64,000 nucleotides of DNA from Myxococcota bacterium. Lineage in GTDB: Bacteria > Myxococcota_A > UBA9160 > SZUA-336. A model generated the notes under the pieces. That model worked only from the letters and a program-made list of their open reading frames with translations, was not told the origin of the DNA and searched no databases. Of the stretch, positions 1 through 10,349 are shown piece by piece. The first letter of the stretch is position 1; every line of letters starts with the position of its first letter. Position numbers and translations under genes: made by a program. The stretch covers positions 1,696,001 to 1,760,000 of the forward strand of contig CBDFGR010000002.1 in NCBI GenBank assembly GCA_965247115.1, in the 5' to 3' direction.

Positions 1-105
1 CTTCACGACGTCGGCGCCCCACTCCGCCAGGATTCCTGCCGCCGCCGGTCCCGCAATCCAGACGCCGAGATCGACGACCCGTACTCCCTCCATCGGCCCG
101 GCCAT
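1..105 (-). CDS. CaiB/BaiF class III CoA transferase, N-terminal 35 aa (runs off window)
   Basis: Manual translation MAGPMEGVRVVDLGVWIAGPAAAGILAEWGADVVK is the typical family N-terminus; GGAGG RBS upstream. Confidence 0.85.
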   Translation of the reverse strand, partial: MAGPMEGVRVVDLGVWIAGPAAAGILAEWGADVVK

Positions 106-234
106 CAGCTCCTCCTCCTGCGGTTCTGCCCTCTGCAAGGAAGTTTATGCGGGTTCGTGGGGTTCTGATAGTCCGCTAGAACTCCTCTCCAGGACCGGAT
201 AGGGTGAAGTCCAGGACAAGTGGAGGCATCGACG

Positions 235-1386
235 ATGTTGAACACACCTGAGAGGATCCTGAGCCAGCTGGCCGATGTCATCGCGCGCCCAGATGAGGAG
301 GCCGAGTTCCTCGATCCAGCCTGCTACCACAGTCCGCAGCTGCTCGATCTCGAGATTGAACAGATCTTCCGAAAGGAGTGGATTTGTGTTGCCAGGGTAG
401 ACCGCCTGCAAACCTCCGGCGACTACCTCACGACTCAGCTCCTCGATGAGCCCCTCCTCATCGTCAGAGGCATGAACGGTGGAATATCCACCTACTCGAA
501 CGTATGTCGTCACCGCTACTACGCGGTGGCTCAAGGTTCCGGAAACACTCGCTCGTTCACGTGTCCCTATCACAAGTGGACCTACCGGCTGGACGGCTCC
601 CTCGCTGGCGCTCCGGGCATGGCCGGTACCAGGCTCGACAAAGCCAGCTGCCGTCTTCCCGAGATTCGAACGGAGACGTGGAATGGTTTCGTGTTCGTCA
701 ACCTCGACCGTGACGCCGAACCGCTGAGTCCGCGGATCGCCGGCCTGACGGATCGTCTCGCGTCGTATCAAATCGAGAGCTGGTCCACCTCTGCGATTCA
801 CGACACAACGTGGGAAGGCAATTGGAAGCTGACGATGGAGAACGGCCTCGACAGCTACCACCACATGGGGCTTCACGAGACGAGTGTGGAACCAAACATG
901 CCCGGATTAGGGACGGAGTTTCAGGGCGACTACAAGACCTGGGCTTACCATCGCACGCCGTTTACCGATGACTACGCTGCTGAAATTGCTGCGAACGCAC
1001 CCACGCTGATCCAGCAGCTTCAGCCGCAGGATCGGATCGCGATGAACGTCTTCTACATCTATCCGACTTTCGTCTTCCCTCTTCTGCCTACGGTCGGGAA
1101 CTGGCTCTCGATCATGCCGATCAGCCTCACGGAGACTCGAGTGTTCACGGGATTCTGTGCCAACGAAGAATCGCGTGCCACGTCTGGCATGGATCGGGAT
1201 GCCTTCGATGAGAACGCTCTAAAACAGCTCACCTCGATCAACGGTGAAGATATCCTCGCCACACTGGAGCTCCAGCGCTCAACCAAGTCCCGGTATGCCG
1301 AGCGGGGTGCAATGAGCTCCAAGGAGATCGGTGTCCTCCACTACTACCGGTATCTCGCTGCGAAGCTTCTCGGTACTGCGGGTTGA
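235..1386 (+). CDS. Rieske non-heme iron oxygenase alpha subunit (choline monooxygenase/CntA-like)
   Basis: CRHR...CPYHKW Rieske motif; ENGLDSYHHMGLH mononuclear Fe motif; GGAGG before ATG 235. Confidence 0.9.
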   Translation: MLNTPERILSQLADVIARPDEEAEFLDPACYHSPQLLDLEIEQIFRKEWICVARVDRLQTSGDYLTTQLLDEPLLIVRGMNGGISTYSNVCRHRYYAVAQGSGNTRSFTCPYHKWTYRLDGSLAGAPGMAGTRLDKASCRLPEIRTETWNGFVFVNLDRDAEPLSPRIAGLTDRLASYQIESWSTSAIHDTTWEGNWKLTMENGLDSYHHMGLHETSVEPNMPGLGTEFQGDYKTWAYHRTPFTDDYAAEIAANAPTLIQQLQPQDRIAMNVFYIYPTFVFPLLPTVGNWLSIMPISLTETRVFTGFCANEESRATSGMDRDAFDENALKQLTSINGEDILATLELQRSTKSRYAERGAMSSKEIGVLHYYRYLAAKLLGTAG

Positions 1387-1493
1387 GTAGGTCGAACTTC
1401 AGCAGGGGCCGTTGGTCCGCCAAATAGGTTGGACCAGGCGGATGAAGCGCAACGCCGTGCCGCCCAGGTTCTAGGCTGGTCGATTCTCTCGCG

Positions 1494-2846
1494 TCAACGG
1501 ATCACCTCGTCGAGGGTCTCGCGGGTGGTCTCGACGATGGTATCGATCTCTTCGGGCTCGATCACGTAGGGCGGGCAGAAGGCCAGCACGTCGCCGATCG
1601 CCCGGATGATGATGCCCTTGTCGAGCATGCGCCGGAAGATGCGCGGTCCCACCTTATCGGCGGCGTCGAGGGGCTGCTTCGTATCGCGGTCGCGTACCAG
1701 CTCCACGGCGCCGATCAGGCCCATGCCGCGCGCCTCGCCGACGTGTGGGTGCTCGGCGAAGACCTCCCGCAGCCGCCTCTGGAAGTGAACGCCGAGCTCC
1801 GCCGCCCGCGCAAAGAGATTCTCATTCTGCATCACGTCGAGGTTTGCCAGGCCCGCCGCCGCCGACAGCGGATGTCCGCTGTAGGTGAAGCCGTGACCGA
1901 AGACGCCCAGAGCCTCGGCGTCGCTCTCGAGCACGCTCCAGACCTTCTCGGTGACGAGGCAGGCCGACAGCGGTGCGTAGCCGCTGGTGAGTCCCTTGGC
2001 CAGGCTGACGAGGTCCGGCTCGATGCCGAGCGCCTGACTGCCGAAGGGCTGGCCCAGGCGCCCGAAGCCGCAGATCACCTCGTCCGCGATCATCAGCACG
2101 TCGTGGCGCCGCAGCACCTGCTGGATCGCTGGAAAGTAGCGCTGCGGCGGCACGATGACGCCGGCCGCGCCCATCACTGGCTCCGCGATGAAGGCGCCCA
2201 CCGTGTCGGCCCCCTCGCGCAGGATCGCCGCGTCGAGGTCGTCGGCGAGCTCCGCCACGAACTCCTGCTCGCTCTGGCCTTCCTTCATCTCCCGGTAGGG
2301 GTACGGCGTGCGCACGTGCAGGAAGCCCTCGATCGGGAGCCCGAAGGCGTCGTGCGCGGACGCCAGACCCGTGGCACTGGCGGCCGCGATCGTGATGCCG
2401 TGATAGGCGCGCTGGCGCGAGATGATCTTGCGCTTGGCGCGCTTGCCGCGCAGCTTCTGGTAGAGCCACACCAGCTTGAACTGCGTATCGTTGGCGTCCG
2501 AGCCGGACAGTCCGAAGAAGACGCGCGATACGGGCCAAGGCGCGAGCTGCTGCAGGCGGTCGGCGAGCTCGATGGTCGGCTGCGTCGACATCGAGAAGAA
2601 CGAGTGGTAGTAGGGCAGCTCGCGCGCCTGACGCGCGATCGCGTCGGCCACCTCTCGGCGTCCGTAGCCGATGTCGACGCACCACAGGCCAGCCAACCCG
2701 TCGATGTACTCACGGCCCCGGTTATCCCGCAGGCGGACGCCCTCTCCCCCAACGATGACGAGCGGCCCGACTTTCTTGTGATCGGCGATCGAGGTCCACG
2801 GGTGGAAGACGCTGCGCAGATCGGTCTCTTCGATAGAACTCGCCAT
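1494..2846 (-). CDS. Class III PLP aminotransferase (omega-amino acid/polyamine transaminase)
   Basis: DGLAGLWC, FIAEPVMG, IADEVICGFGR, SLAKGLTSGY, HGFTYSGHP motifs. Confidence 0.92.
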   Translation of the reverse strand: MASSIEETDLRSVFHPWTSIADHKKVGPLVIVGGEGVRLRDNRGREYIDGLAGLWCVDIGYGRREVADAIARQARELPYYHSFFSMSTQPTIELADRLQQLAPWPVSRVFFGLSGSDANDTQFKLVWLYQKLRGKRAKRKIISRQRAYHGITIAAASATGLASAHDAFGLPIEGFLHVRTPYPYREMKEGQSEQEFVAELADDLDAAILREGADTVGAFIAEPVMGAAGVIVPPQRYFPAIQQVLRRHDVLMIADEVICGFGRLGQPFGSQALGIEPDLVSLAKGLTSGYAPLSACLVTEKVWSVLESDAEALGVFGHGFTYSGHPLSAAAGLANLDVMQNENLFARAAELGVHFQRRLREVFAEHPHVGEARGMGLIGAVELVRDRDTKQPLDAADKVGPRIFRRMLDKGIIIRAIGDVLAFCPPYVIEPEEIDTIVETTRETLDEVIR

Positions 2847-2870
2847 GCTCACACTCTCCGTGTTAGGTGT

Positions 2871-3293
2871 TCATCCGACGCGCAGATGGCGTATCTTCCA
2901 CTCGCCGTTCTGCTTGACGTAATCCTCGTGGTAACGCGCGGCGCTGCCTGGCCACTTGTACTTCGTTCCGTCGCTTTGGGCTACCGCCGAGATGAGGTAC
3001 CAGACGCCGTGGGCCCTGTCCCCATCGACCTCGATCAGAGGGTTGGCAACGACGTGCTGTGCCCTGGCGATCCGTTTCGGAAACCCGGAAAAGAGCTCGT
3101 GAATCGCTTCTCGGCCTTCAGCCTTTCCAACACGGCTGCTCTCCCAAGTACCATCCTCGGTAAACAAGGTCGCCATGGCGTCCGCATCGTAGTTGTCGTG
3201 GTCACAGATCTCACAGTACCGCGCCTTGAGCTGTTTGATGGCTTCGATGTCTTCGATCCGAGTGATTCGATTCTGCAATTCTTCCAATTCCAT
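2871..3293 (-). CDS. NTF2/SnoaL-like protein (BaiE/LinA-like)
   Basis: IEDIEAIKQLKARYC...D, LFTEDG, GREAI, H-x-x-x-NP, Y-x-E-x-Y...GEWKI. Confidence 0.85.
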   Translation of the reverse strand: MELEELQNRITRIEDIEAIKQLKARYCEICDHDNYDADAMATLFTEDGTWESSRVGKAEGREAIHELFSGFPKRIARAQHVVANPLIEVDGDRAHGVWYLISAVAQSDGTKYKWPGSAARYHEDYVKQNGEWKIRHLRVG

Positions 3294-3382
3294 ACGTCAT
3301 CCTTTTCAGCCTCGGGCGGGCGTGAGCGATTTAAGGTGGCGGTCTTGAAACTCGCGGAGATCGACACTATCAGGTATTCGCC

Positions 3383-4153
3383 ATGAAATTTCGGACCAGA
3401 CTTCTCTGCGGTCTGCTCCTTCCCCTGCTGGCAGGACCGAGCCTGGCGGCCTGCGGCGGGCGCTCGGTGGATCCGTCGACGCTGGATCGTTCAGCCGAGA
3501 CAGTGGTCCTGCTCCATGGCCTCGGTCGGAGTTCATCGTCGATGTGGCTCCTCGCTCGCCGCCTCTCGCGAAGCGGATACACGGTTCACAACCTCAACTA
3601 CCGGTCGACGAACCGGTCGGTGAGCGAGCTTGTCAGCGACATCGACTCTCAGCTGAACGAGTGCTGTTCGGCTGACACCCCTCGGCTGCACTTCGTCACC
3701 CACTCCCTGGGAGGCATCCTCGCCCGGGCTTACATCGCTTCGCACCGCCCGCCCAATCTAGGGCGTGTGGTGATGCTGAGTCCACCCAACCACGGCAGCG
3801 AGATCGTGGACCTGCTGGGGGATTCCGCGTTTTTCGGCTGGGCGCTCGGCCCGGCGGGCCAAGAGCTCGGCACCGCAGCAGACAGCACTCCGAACCTGCT
3901 CGGGCCCGCAGACTTCGAGCTGGGGATCATCACCGGATCTCGGAGTCTCAACCCGATCACGTCGTCCATGGTGCCCGGCACCGACGACGGGAAGGTGTCC
4001 ACCGAGAGCGCGCGTCTCGAGGGCATGAGTGCCTTCCTCGTGGTCCCGAAGACGCACACGTTCATCATGAACAGCCGCCTCGTGGTCGACGAGGTCGTCC
4101 ACTTTCTCGAATCAGGCTCGTTCTCCCGACCGTCACTCGACTCGGGAAAATAG
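3383..4153 (+). CDS. Secreted/lipoprotein alpha/beta hydrolase (lipase/esterase)
   Basis: LAAC lipobox, LLHGLG, THSLGG nucleophile elbow, DDGKV, HTFIM. Confidence 0.85.
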   Translation: MKFRTRLLCGLLLPLLAGPSLAACGGRSVDPSTLDRSAETVVLLHGLGRSSSSMWLLARRLSRSGYTVHNLNYRSTNRSVSELVSDIDSQLNECCSADTPRLHFVTHSLGGILARAYIASHRPPNLGRVVMLSPPNHGSEIVDLLGDSAFFGWALGPAGQELGTAADSTPNLLGPADFELGIITGSRSLNPITSSMVPGTDDGKVSTESARLEGMSAFLVVPKTHTFIMNSRLVVDEVVHFLESGSFSRPSLDSGK

Positions 4154-4158
4154 GCGCT

Positions 4159-4293
4159 ATCGATTCCCACGTTCCTCTTGAGGACGTAGAGGAGGCATTT
4201 GGCGCGATGGAGGCCGGCGAGGTCACGCGGACTGTTATGCTTCCGGCGCTGAAGGAGTTCAGGCCGGGCCCTTTCGAGCCGACAGTCCAGTGA
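4159..4293 (+). pseudogene. C-terminal remnant of Zn-dependent alcohol dehydrogenase
   Basis: Frame without upstream start reads IDSHVPLEDVEEAFGAMEAGEVTRTVML, resembling the MDR family C-terminus. Confidence 0.6.
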
Positions 4294-4312
4294 ACTCGGG
4301 AGGCAGACGCCC

Positions 4313-6541
4313 ATGTCCGCTCGTTTTTCGCCGCTCCTCTGCGCTGCGCTGCTCGCGGCCTGCAGCAGCGCTCCCGACCCCGGCCACGTCACCTTCGACC
4401 GATGGAGCAGCGCCGACGCAGAGCCGGGCCAGTGGCTGGGGCTCGGCCGCACCTATCACGCCGATCGATTCTCCCCGCTAACCCGCCTGACGGTCGACAA
4501 CGCCAGCCAACTCGGCTTTGCCTGGGAGTCGGACGCGCGCTCGCATCGGGGTCGGGTCGAACACGGGCAGGAAGCGACCCCGATCGTGGTCGACGGCGTG
4601 CTCTACGTGTCGGGGCCGTGGGGTACCGCGTTCGCCGTGGAGGCGAAGACGGGCCGTCAGATCTGGCGCTACGACCCCGACCTCGACGGCAGCTACGGCC
4701 GCCGCCCCTGCTGCGACGTGGTGAGCCGAGGGCTCTCGGTGTGGGGCGGCAAGGTCTACGTCGCCACACTCGACGGCTCGCTGGTGGCACTCGACGCCGC
4801 GACGGGCACCGAGTTGTGGAAGACCGACACCTTCGAGGATCGCGAGACCCGGTTCTACACCATCACTAGCCCGCCCATCGTCGCCAACGGCGTGGTCGTG
4901 GTCGGTAACAGTGGAGCGGATTTCGGCGTGCGCGGGTACATCACGGCCTACGATCTCGAGACCGGCGAGCGAAGATGGCGGTTCTACACCGTCCCCGGCG
5001 ACCCGGCCAAGGGTCCGCCCGAGGACCCGGCAATGGAACTCGCCCTCGACACCTGGGGCCCCGAGACGGACTGGGACTCGGGTCTCGGCGGAACGGTGTG
5101 GGGCGAGATGAACTACGACCCCGATCTCGACCTCCTATATGTAGGCACCGGCAACAGCACTCCGTACGCCGGCTGGCACCGCGATCCCTCGGGCGGCGAC
5201 AATCTCTTCCTGGTGTCGATCCTCGCGATCCGCCCCGGTGACGGCACGCTCGTGTGGCACTACCAGCAGGTGCCGTGGGAGCTCTGGGACTACACCGCCA
5301 CGATGAACATGATCTTGGCCGATCTCACGATCGACGGGAGGCCACGCAAGGTGCTGATGCAGGCGCCCAAGAACGGTTTCTTCTACGTACTCGACAGGGA
5401 GACGGGTGAGGTGATCAGCGCGGAGCCCTACGTCTACGTCAACTGGGCGAGTGGACTCGACTCGACCGGCCGGCCGATCCTGACCGGCAAGGCCAACTAC
5501 CAGGACCGGCCGGCCGCGATCTTCCCCACCCAGGCGGGCGGCCACAACTGGCAGCCGATGGCGTTCAACCGGCAGACTGGTCTGGTGTACATCCCAGCCC
5601 GCGATCAGGGCATGATCATGTTCACGGAAGACGAATACCGCTGGCGCCCCGGCGACTACAACATGGGATCGGGCGCGATCTTCGGCGAGGTGCCCACGGA
5701 TTTCGAGGCGAGCCAGGAATTCCCCATGGAGGTGTCGCCCGCCATGGCGCGCCAGTTCGCCGAGGCCGCCAAAGGTGAACCGTCGATGGCGCCAAGCGAG
5801 TTCCTGCTCGCCTGGGATCCCGTCGCGCAGGAGGAACGGTGGCGGGTGCCGATCGCGACGGTGGAGTGGATCGGTGGCGGGGTGTTGACGACGGCCGGCA
5901 ATCTGGTGATCCAGGGCACCGGGTCGGGACAGCTGATGGTCTATCGGGCTGACACAGGTGAGAAGCTGCACGAGATCGAGGTTGGTACAGCGATCATCGC
6001 GGCGCCGATCAGCTACGAGATCGACGGAGAACAGTACGTCGCCGTCATCGCGGGGTTCGGCGGTGCGTACAACGCGACGCTCGCGCCGCAGACCGCGGCC
6101 ACACGGTTCGAGAACTACGGCCGGATTCTCGCCTTCAAGCTGGGTGGTGGCCCGACACCGCTCCCGCCGCAGCGAACCGCGCAACCCGTGCCCGAACCTC
6201 CGGACGCGCCATGGTACTCCGCCACCGCCGCGGCACGGGGCGCCGGCCTGCATGCCCAGCGCTGCGCCCGCTGCCACAGTGGGCGTGGCGAAGCGCAGTT
6301 GTCGGCCTATCCCGATCTGCACCGGATGGTGGCGGCCACCCATGCCGCGTTCGACTCCATCGTACTGGGTGGGACACTGGCTTCGGGTGGGATGGCGAGT
6401 TTCGCCGACGTACTGACCCCGGAGGATACCCGGGCGCTACAGGCCTACTTCATCCGAGAGCAGAGGGTCCTGTACCGGGAATCCGGGGGTCGCGCTGAGG
6501 TGATCCGGGCTTCGGGTGCCAAACTCTTCCCATGGGAGTAG
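4313..6541 (+). CDS. PQQ-dependent quinohemoprotein alcohol dehydrogenase (type II, c-type heme)
   Basis: Lipobox, vicinal CC (PCCDVV), Trp docking repeats, WDYT, QAPKNGFFY, GGHNW, C-terminal CARCH. Confidence 0.93.
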   Translation: MSARFSPLLCAALLAACSSAPDPGHVTFDRWSSADAEPGQWLGLGRTYHADRFSPLTRLTVDNASQLGFAWESDARSHRGRVEHGQEATPIVVDGVLYVSGPWGTAFAVEAKTGRQIWRYDPDLDGSYGRRPCCDVVSRGLSVWGGKVYVATLDGSLVALDAATGTELWKTDTFEDRETRFYTITSPPIVANGVVVVGNSGADFGVRGYITAYDLETGERRWRFYTVPGDPAKGPPEDPAMELALDTWGPETDWDSGLGGTVWGEMNYDPDLDLLYVGTGNSTPYAGWHRDPSGGDNLFLVSILAIRPGDGTLVWHYQQVPWELWDYTATMNMILADLTIDGRPRKVLMQAPKNGFFYVLDRETGEVISAEPYVYVNWASGLDSTGRPILTGKANYQDRPAAIFPTQAGGHNWQPMAFNRQTGLVYIPARDQGMIMFTEDEYRWRPGDYNMGSGAIFGEVPTDFEASQEFPMEVSPAMARQFAEAAKGEPSMAPSEFLLAWDPVAQEERWRVPIATVEWIGGGVLTTAGNLVIQGTGSGQLMVYRADTGEKLHEIEVGTAIIAAPISYEIDGEQYVAVIAGFGGAYNATLAPQTAATRFENYGRILAFKLGGGPTPLPPQRTAQPVPEPPDAPWYSATAAARGAGLHAQRCARCHSGRGEAQLSAYPDLHRMVAATHAAFDSIVLGGTLASGGMASFADVLTPEDTRALQAYFIREQRVLYRESGGRAEVIRASGAKLFPWE

Positions 6542-6545
6542 ATCA

Positions 6546-7814
6546 GTGGCTCGCTACTGGCCCCGACGCTACACGGTCGTAGGTCTCTGCTTCTTCGCCA
6601 CGCTCATCTGCTACGTCGATCGGGTGAACATCTCGGTCGCGATCATCCCGATGGCGGAGGAGTTCGGGTGGGATCGTACGACCCAGGGTGTAGTACTCTC
6701 GTCGTTCTTCTACGGCTACCTCGCGACACAGATCCTGGGTGGCTGGCTGTCGGACCGCTACGGCGGCAAGGTCGTCCTCTCCGTAGGAGTCCTGCTGTGG
6801 TCCTTCTTCACGATTGTGACCCCGCCCGCCGCCGTCGCGTCGTTCGTGGTCCTCTTCTTGGTCAGGGTGGGGATGGGACTTGCCGAGGGCGTCTCCTTCC
6901 CGGCGTTCTACAGCTTGTTCGCGCGCTGGATCCCGAGTGGCGAGCGCACTCGCGCGATTGGGCTGATCACGAGCGGCGTTCCGCTCGGCACGGTCGGGGC
7001 GTTGTTCCTGACGCCCTACATCGTCGTGTACTGGGGCTGGCCAATGGCCTTCTACCTGTTCGGCGCGCTCGGCGTCATCTGGTACGCGATCTGGCAGCTG
7101 CGGGTGACTGCCCTTCCCGAGGATCACCCCACGATACGGCCCGAAGAGCTCGAGCTGATCGGCCGCCTCGCCACCACTCCGGATGCCGCTGCTCGACCGG
7201 CGAACCCACCCTGGCGCAAGCTCCTCTCCAGCGCGCCGGTCTGGGCGCTCATCATTTGCCACTTCTGCAGCAACTGGGGCTTCTACGTACTGCTCACGTG
7301 GCTCCCTGTGTTCGTCAATCAGGAGCTGGGTATCGACCTGGCTCAGGTGGGGCTCTACTCCCTACTACCCCACCTCGTCGCGTTCGCGATGATCAATGTC
7401 GCGTGCACGATCGCCGATGGCCTGATCCGGCGCGGGCTCTCGGTGACGACCACCCGAAAACTGATGCAGACGATCGGCTCCGTCGGTGCCGCCGCCTTCC
7501 TTCTCGCGGTCAGTAGTGTGAGCTCAGCCGTCGGCGCGATCGCCTGCATCTGTGCGGTGTTCGCGCTCGGGTCATTTCAGGTGGGTGGCTCTGGCGTAAA
7601 TCACCTGGACATTGGACCCCGGTATGCGGGCGTGCTGCTCGGCATTTCCAATATGGCGGGCACGCTTCCCGGGGTCGTCGGCGTCACACTTACTGGCTTC
7701 ATTCTCGACGCGACCGGGTCGTGGGCCCTCGTGTTCGGCATCGCCGCGGGCTTCTACCTGCTCGGCCTCGTGTTCTGGCTGACCTGGTCGACGGGCGAGC
7801 AGATCTTCGACTGA
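6546..7814 (+). CDS. ACS-family (SLC17/sialin-like) MFS anion transporter
   Basis: YVDRVNISVAI, SSFFYGY, NHLDIGPRYAG; ~12 hydrophobic segments. Confidence 0.88.
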   Translation: MARYWPRRYTVVGLCFFATLICYVDRVNISVAIIPMAEEFGWDRTTQGVVLSSFFYGYLATQILGGWLSDRYGGKVVLSVGVLLWSFFTIVTPPAAVASFVVLFLVRVGMGLAEGVSFPAFYSLFARWIPSGERTRAIGLITSGVPLGTVGALFLTPYIVVYWGWPMAFYLFGALGVIWYAIWQLRVTALPEDHPTIRPEELELIGRLATTPDAAARPANPPWRKLLSSAPVWALIICHFCSNWGFYVLLTWLPVFVNQELGIDLAQVGLYSLLPHLVAFAMINVACTIADGLIRRGLSVTTTRKLMQTIGSVGAAAFLLAVSSVSSAVGAIACICAVFALGSFQVGGSGVNHLDIGPRYAGVLLGISNMAGTLPGVVGVTLTGFILDATGSWALVFGIAAGFYLLGLVFWLTWSTGEQIFD

Positions 7815-7881
7815 GGAGCTCCAGTCGGCTACACCGAGAGATCTCCTAAAACTCCCTATCCTCTCCCGCTAAGATAGGTGC

Positions 7882-9519
7882 ATGGAGTTCAATCTGGCGC
7901 AGCTGCAGGAGGCGATTGCGGAGGAGATTCCGGAGCGGACGTGTCTCGTGTTTCGGGACCGGCGGCTCTCCTGGCGGGACATGAACGAGCGCACGCGCAG
8001 GCTCGGGAACTACCTGCTGTCACGCGGGCTCGGACTGCGCACCGAGAGAAGTGGGCTCGCCGGCTGGGAGTCGGGGCAGGATCACCTGGCGCTCTACCTC
8101 TACAACTGCAGCGAGTACATCGAGGGGATGCTCGGGGCCTATAAGGCCCGGGGCGTGCCCTTCAACGTGAACTACCGCTACGTCGAGGAGGAGCTCGTCT
8201 ACCTGCTCAAGGATGCCCGTGCGCGCGGCATCGTCTACCACGCGCGGTTTGCAGCGCTGCTCGAGAAGATCCTGCCCGAGCTCCCCGAGCTCGAGGTGTT
8301 GATCCAGGTGAGCGACGAGTCGGGATACGCGCTCTTGCCGGGAGCGGTCGAATACGAGGCGGCGCTGGCGGCAGCGTCGCCGGAGCGGCCCCGGCAAGAC
8401 TGGTCACCGGACGATCTCTACATCCTCTACACAGGCGGCACCACCGGCATGCCCAAGGGCGTGCTCTGGCGCCAGGGAGACATCTACATCGCGGGCCTCG
8501 GCGGGCGTCGGCCGGACGGCTCCGAGCCGGACTCGCTTGAGCAGATCGTGAAGCGCGCCAGCTCTCCCAGCAGGCGCACCATGCCCACGGCTCCGCTGAT
8601 GCACGGCGCCGCCCACTGGGCCGCGTTCACCTCCATCAACTCCGGGAATACGACCGTCCTGCAGAGCGTCACGGAGCACCTCGACGCGGACGACGTCCTC
8701 TCCACCGCCGCGCGCGAAGGCGTGGAGGCCATGCTGATCGTGGGGGACGCGTTCGCCCGTCCGCTACTCGATCAGATGGACCGGAAGGAGTACGACCTCT
8801 CGAAGCTCGCAGCGCTGATCTCCGGCGGTGCGTCGCTCAACGCAACGCTGAAAGAGCAGCTGCTCGAGCGGCTGCCGAACCTGACCATCATCGACAACGT
8901 CGGCTCTTCGGAGACGGGAACACAGGCCTCGAACGTGAGCACGGCCGGCTCGAAGGCCAGCACGGGCACCTTCTCGCTCGGTCACGGCGCCTGTGTGCTC
9001 AGCGAGGACATGACGCGCCTGGGGCAGCCGGGCGAGGAAGAAGTGGGCTGGTTCGCGCAGAGCGGACGCATCCCGCTCGGCTACCTGGGAGATCGCACGA
9101 AGACGGAGCGGGCCTTTCCGACCGTCGATGGAACGCGCTTCTCGGTGCCCGGCGACAGAGCTCGGGTGCGGGACGACGGCATCCTCGAGCTGCTGGGACG
9201 CGACTCGGTCACGATCACATCAGGGGGCGAGAAGATCTTCGCGGAGGAGGTGGAGCACGCCTTGAAGCAGCATCCCGCGGTGTACGACGCCGTTGTGTGC
9301 GGTCGTCCGAGCGAACGCTGGGGCAACGAGGTCGTCGCCATCGTACGCCTCCGCGAAGGGAGCGCGGCGGACGAGGCCGAGCTACGTGACGAGTGCGCGC
9401 GCCATATCGCCCGCTACAAGCTCCCCAAGGCCTTCGCCTTTCGCGACGAGATCGTCCGCAGCCCGAGCGGCAAGGCGGACTACCGCTGGGCGAAGGAGCA
9501 GGCACTGAGCGGAGGCTAG
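7882..9519 (+). CDS. Acyl-CoA synthetase (FadD19-like)
   Basis: NVNYRY, YTGGTTGMPKGV, GRDS...SGGEKIF, SPSGKADY. Confidence 0.9.
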   Translation: MEFNLAQLQEAIAEEIPERTCLVFRDRRLSWRDMNERTRRLGNYLLSRGLGLRTERSGLAGWESGQDHLALYLYNCSEYIEGMLGAYKARGVPFNVNYRYVEEELVYLLKDARARGIVYHARFAALLEKILPELPELEVLIQVSDESGYALLPGAVEYEAALAAASPERPRQDWSPDDLYILYTGGTTGMPKGVLWRQGDIYIAGLGGRRPDGSEPDSLEQIVKRASSPSRRTMPTAPLMHGAAHWAAFTSINSGNTTVLQSVTEHLDADDVLSTAAREGVEAMLIVGDAFARPLLDQMDRKEYDLSKLAALISGGASLNATLKEQLLERLPNLTIIDNVGSSETGTQASNVSTAGSKASTGTFSLGHGACVLSEDMTRLGQPGEEEVGWFAQSGRIPLGYLGDRTKTERAFPTVDGTRFSVPGDRARVRDDGILELLGRDSVTITSGGEKIFAEEVEHALKQHPAVYDAVVCGRPSERWGNEVVAIVRLREGSAADEAELRDECARHIARYKLPKAFAFRDEIVRSPSGKADYRWAKEQALSGG

Positions 9520-9572
9520 ATCCAGACCTCCGTCTGGCCCGCAGCGTCGAGCGATAGAGGCCTGGTAGTCGC

Positions 9573-10349
9573 TCATGTCAGGTTGAACCTCACGCCGCAG
9601 ACGTGGACCTCATTCTCGGCGTGCAGGTAGCCGCGCTCTCGTGCGGTCGCGATGATGGCCTCGCGGTCGGTCACCTGCAGATCGAGTCCGCCCAGTCCCT
9701 CTGGGCGCCCGTCGCTGCACGAGACGAAGCGCACCTCCGCGTTGTCCAGACGCAGCAAAGGAGCGCCAGCGGCGGTCTTAGCGACCGGCAGCTCGGCGAT
9801 CTCCGCCCAGCGAGCTGCCACCTTGTTCGGGTCGTCCACCTGGAGCTCGGCCGCAGCGATGCCGCGCACACGGTCCGTTCGCTGGGCCGCCTTCCAGTTC
9901 GCTCCGCCGGCGGGCAGCCAGGGGCCATCCGCGTCGTGGGCAGCGCCGCCGAGCTGCTCGTCGATCTCGAAGAACGAGCCACCCGTGTCCTTGGGATGCA
10001 TCTGCATGTTCCGGAACCGGTCCGGTACCTCGAACTGGTGTGCGATCCGGACGCCGAGCTCCGCCACGCGCTTGCGGCGGGGTGCGTGATCGTCGCACTG
10101 GGTGATCACCATGTAACCGCCCGCACCGTTCCGGCGTTCCAGGTAGCGACCGCCCGCGGTGCCCTCGCGGATCGGCGCGACGACTTCGATGAACTGGTTC
10201 CCGACGGGGAACAGCGCGTTCTCGAGCCCGAAAGCGTCGACGCCGGGGTCGCGAAAGCAGACCTCTAGCCCGAAGACACTGCAGAGATCGTCGACGATCG
10301 GCGCGAGTTCGGGTGCCACGAGCGCGATCTGACGCAGTCGAAGCCACAT
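9573..10349 (-). CDS. VOC/glyoxalase-like protein
   Basis: LRLRQIALVA, DPGV..FGLEN, FIEVVAP, GGYMVI, HPKDTGG; AGGAGG RBS. Confidence 0.8.
   Translation of the reverse strand: MWLRLRQIALVAPELAPIVDDLCSVFGLEVCFRDPGVDAFGLENALFPVGNQFIEVVAPIREGTAGGRYLERRNGAGGYMVITQCDDHAPRRKRVAELGVRIAHQFEVPDRFRNMQMHPKDTGGSFFEIDEQLGGAAHDADGPWLPAGGANWKAAQRTDRVRGIAAAELQVDDPNKVAARWAEIAELPVAKTAAGAPLLRLDNAEVRFVSCSDGRPEGLGGLDLQVTDREAIIATARERGYLHAENEVHVCGVRFNLT

Noticed and set aside
1743..3386. Long antisense/alternate-frame ORFs (also 28914-30797, 43503-45272, 50768-52093 and many others)
   Set aside because: Shadows of high-GC coding genes with no recognisable motifs.
4313..6541. Lanthanide-dependent dehydrogenase
   Set aside because: Motif is WDYT, lacking the extra Asp (D-x-D) of XoxF/PedH types.
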